In this document: positions 4,703 to 6,190 of the stretch, one piece after another | Numbering within the stretch: the first letter of the stretch is position 1 | Layout of the letters: each line of letters begins with the position of its first letter | Assembly (NCBI GenBank): GCA_022560555.1 | Contig: JADFSZ010000107.1 | Location: 1 to 6,190, forward strand | Direction: 5' to 3' | Length of the DNA stretch: 6,190 nucleotides | DNA from: PVC group bacterium | GTDB lineage: Bacteria; GCA-001730085; JADFSZ01 | Translations under genes and position numbers: made by a program | The notes under the pieces: model-generated | Seen by the model: the letters and a program-made list of their open reading frames with translations, nothing else | Told to the model about the DNA's origin: nothing | Database searches by the model: none

Positions 4703-5581
4703 TTATTTTCGTAGTATTTCGCGTTCAATTTTAAGCCAGCCCCCATAGTCCGCCATCGTAACCGGATGGGTTAAAAGAGGGTAATCATACTCCATCAAAT
4801 CAGCTCTGTCATCAGGCCGAAATCCCCATTTGATAAATTCAGCTCGGGCCCTGTCAGAAACAAGAAATTCACAAAAATATTCCACGGCTCCCCGCTCCTG
4901 GGGTTTTATATTACCGTGGATCTGAAGCAATTTGTATTCGGCCATGAGCGTCGGGACCATAAGTCGATAACTCCACCCCCGCAAACGCGCGAAAAATTCA
5001 GGACAACACACAAGGTCCCCGTCAGGAATATCATCTATCTCGGATGCCTTCAAAATACTAACCGGGAATACGCCCGGGGAAAATTCTTCACGAACAAACA
5101 GAGCCGCTTTTCCCCAACGACCCGACGAAAACGCTTGTGGATCCAAAATCCAAATCGTGCTGTCCGACACATCCTCGGGAACTTGTCCTCGAGCTCTAGC
5201 CAAAACCATCGGACTCGATATAAAGGTTCCCCCCTTAGCCTCTTTTCTCCAATCCGTGCATTTCACCGGACTCATCAAAACTTTGTACGCACTCAATTCA
5301 TCCTCAAACCATGCCACCTCGATCGCGTCCCCATCAATAACAGCCCGTGCCAGTTCCCCTGAATCACGAAAAACACGCCCTTCAATCGAGAGGCCGCGCC
5401 ACTGAAACTCATCTTTGATATGCTCTTGAAAAGCATCTATGATACCCTTCTCAAAAACATCCCGGAAAGATTCGCTCAAACCAACTGTGATAACTTGAGA
5501 ATCTTGAGGCCGGCATCCGCAGGATAGCCCCACGAACAAAATCAAAAAGACCATGCAACTATGACTCTTAGTCCATTTCAT
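4703..5581 (-). CDS. Periplasmic solute-binding protein, Sbp/CysP (sulfate/thiosulfate-binding) family-like, probable lipoprotein, 292 aa from my preferred start
   Basis: From memory of E. coli Sbp, several blocks are collinear. [17 protein letters not shown] matches [40 protein letters not shown] matches [41 protein letters not shown] matches [46 protein letters not shown] matches [33 protein letters not shown] matches EVFGGW. I prefer the start at ATG 5581-5579, which gives [23 protein letters not shown], a signal peptide with a Cys-containing lipobox-like end. The track's 5677 start would overlap the upstream gene by 110 nt. Confidence 0.75.
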   Translation of the reverse strand: [292 protein letters not shown]

Positions 5582-6190
5582 AGATAATCGGAATGGTAAA
5601 ACGAAAGTTTTTCTTAGGAATTTCATTAGGATAAACCTCAAACGGGCTGGCCCGCCTAATCGTTTGAATGGCCGCAAGATTTAAGACTTCATAAGACGAA
5701 GGACTCAATAAACCAATCCAAACAAGTTTCCCATCAGGGTTAATGACAAATTCAATATGCACCGACCCCGAAAACCCAAAATCTCTCGCGGATATCGGGT
5801 ACTTAACCTCACCGGCAATACGCCCCCTTACATGTTTGTAATACCTCAGGTAAATCTTGTAGAGAGCTTCGTTGACGGATCTTATCTTTAGTCCCATCGT
5901 GAGCAGATCCGGGCTCTTTTTGATCCTATCAATCCTATCGATCCTAGACTCCGGTCTTTTCAATGAAACAACTTTTTTCAATGACACAAGCTCTTTGGGT
6001 AAGGGTTTTAACGGATTATGATGTTCCAGACGGTACGGATGCGACTCTACAGAAGTCAGTTTGGCTAATAACATGGATTCTTGAGGAACATTTTTCAGGG
6101 AAACAACCTTTTTCAGGGAAAGAACATCCAGCGGATGCGCTCGATGTGATTCCGTAATATTTTCGTTAGGTTGAGCATCCAAAATATCTT
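5568..6190 (-). CDS. TonB C-terminal-domain protein, 5'-truncated by the window edge
   Basis: The C-terminal roughly 80 aa (VKYPISARDFGFSGSVHIEFVINPDGKLVWIGLLSPSSYEVLNLAAIQTIRRASPFEVYPNEIP...) fit the TonB_C pattern YP..A...G..G.V.v.f.i..dG.v......SSG...LD.AA..A.......P.P. The track's 'M' at 6182 is a TTG, and the frame stays open to base 6190. No N-terminal TM anchor is visible, so the true start lies outside the window. Confidence 0.85.
   Translation of the reverse strand, partial: DILDAQPNENITESHRAHPLDVLSLKKVVSLKNVPQESMLLAKLTSVESHPYRLEHHNPLKPLPKELVSLKKVVSLKRPESRIDRIDRIKKSPDLLTMGLKIRSVNEALYKIYLRYYKHVRGRIAGEVKYPISARDFGFSGSVHIEFVINPDGKLVWIGLLSPSSYEVLNLAAIQTIRRASPFEVYPNEIPKKNFRFTIPIIYEMD

Noticed and set aside
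4916-5405. Track ORFs 4916..5362(+) and 5157..5405(+)
   Set aside because: They are antisense to the Sbp-like gene, which has collinear family similarity. Their products are Arg/Ser/Thr-rich without motifs.
5582-5677. The 32-codon N-terminal extension of the binding-protein ORF (track start 5677)
   Set aside because: It would overlap the TonB-like gene by 110 nt and would place a basic, non-signal-like segment in front of a good signal peptide. The internal ATG at 5581 yields a canonical n-h-c signal with a Cys.
5922-5948. The 9-bp tandem repeat (GATCCTATC-like, three units) as a possible CRISPR or VNTR element
   Set aside because: It lies in-frame inside a coding region, where it encodes RIDRIDRI. 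It has no spacers and is far too short for a CRISPR array. It is reported only as part of the linker-repeat observation.
5963-6157. Track ORF 5963..6157(+)
   Set aside because: It is antisense to the TonB-like gene, has no SD and has no recognisable features.

Overview
All seven genes in this window are on the minus strand. The GC content is moderate and I cannot assign a taxon. A TonB C-terminal domain and a lipoprotein-type signal peptide suggest a diderm bacterium.

Reading along the minus strand (right to left), the genes are:
- a 5'-truncated TonB-C-terminal-domain protein
- an Sbp/CysP-like periplasmic binding protein, whose start overlaps the TonB-like gene by 14 nt
- a 388-bp non-coding gap
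- a membrane-anchored TPR protein
- an unassigned 114-aa protein
- groES and groEL
- the first 302 codons of dnaK. This ORF is missing from the ORF track because it has no stop in the window, so I translated it by hand.

I found no rRNA, tRNA, CRISPR array, transposase or integrase, and no recognisable defence or toxin system. The coding content is largely housekeeping.

The features worth a second look are non-coding:
1. I found no CIRCE or HAIR operator by eye. Instead, a GATTTTT-N2-3-AAAAATC palindrome occurs three times in the window, always in front of groES or dnaK. Next to it, both chaperone promoters carry a shared CGAATAAGA box overlapping a -35-like hexamer.
2. A 34-37-nt AT-rich motif with an identical 16-mer core occurs in two intergenic regions that bracket the TPR gene.
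3. The 388-bp spacer upstream of the TPR gene is structured, including a UUCG-capped hairpin just 5' of the ribosome-binding site.
4. A 10-nt perfect Shine-Dalgarno sequence sits in the groES leader with no normal ORF behind it.

All regulatory calls are by-eye inferences and need genome-wide motif searches and transcript mapping.
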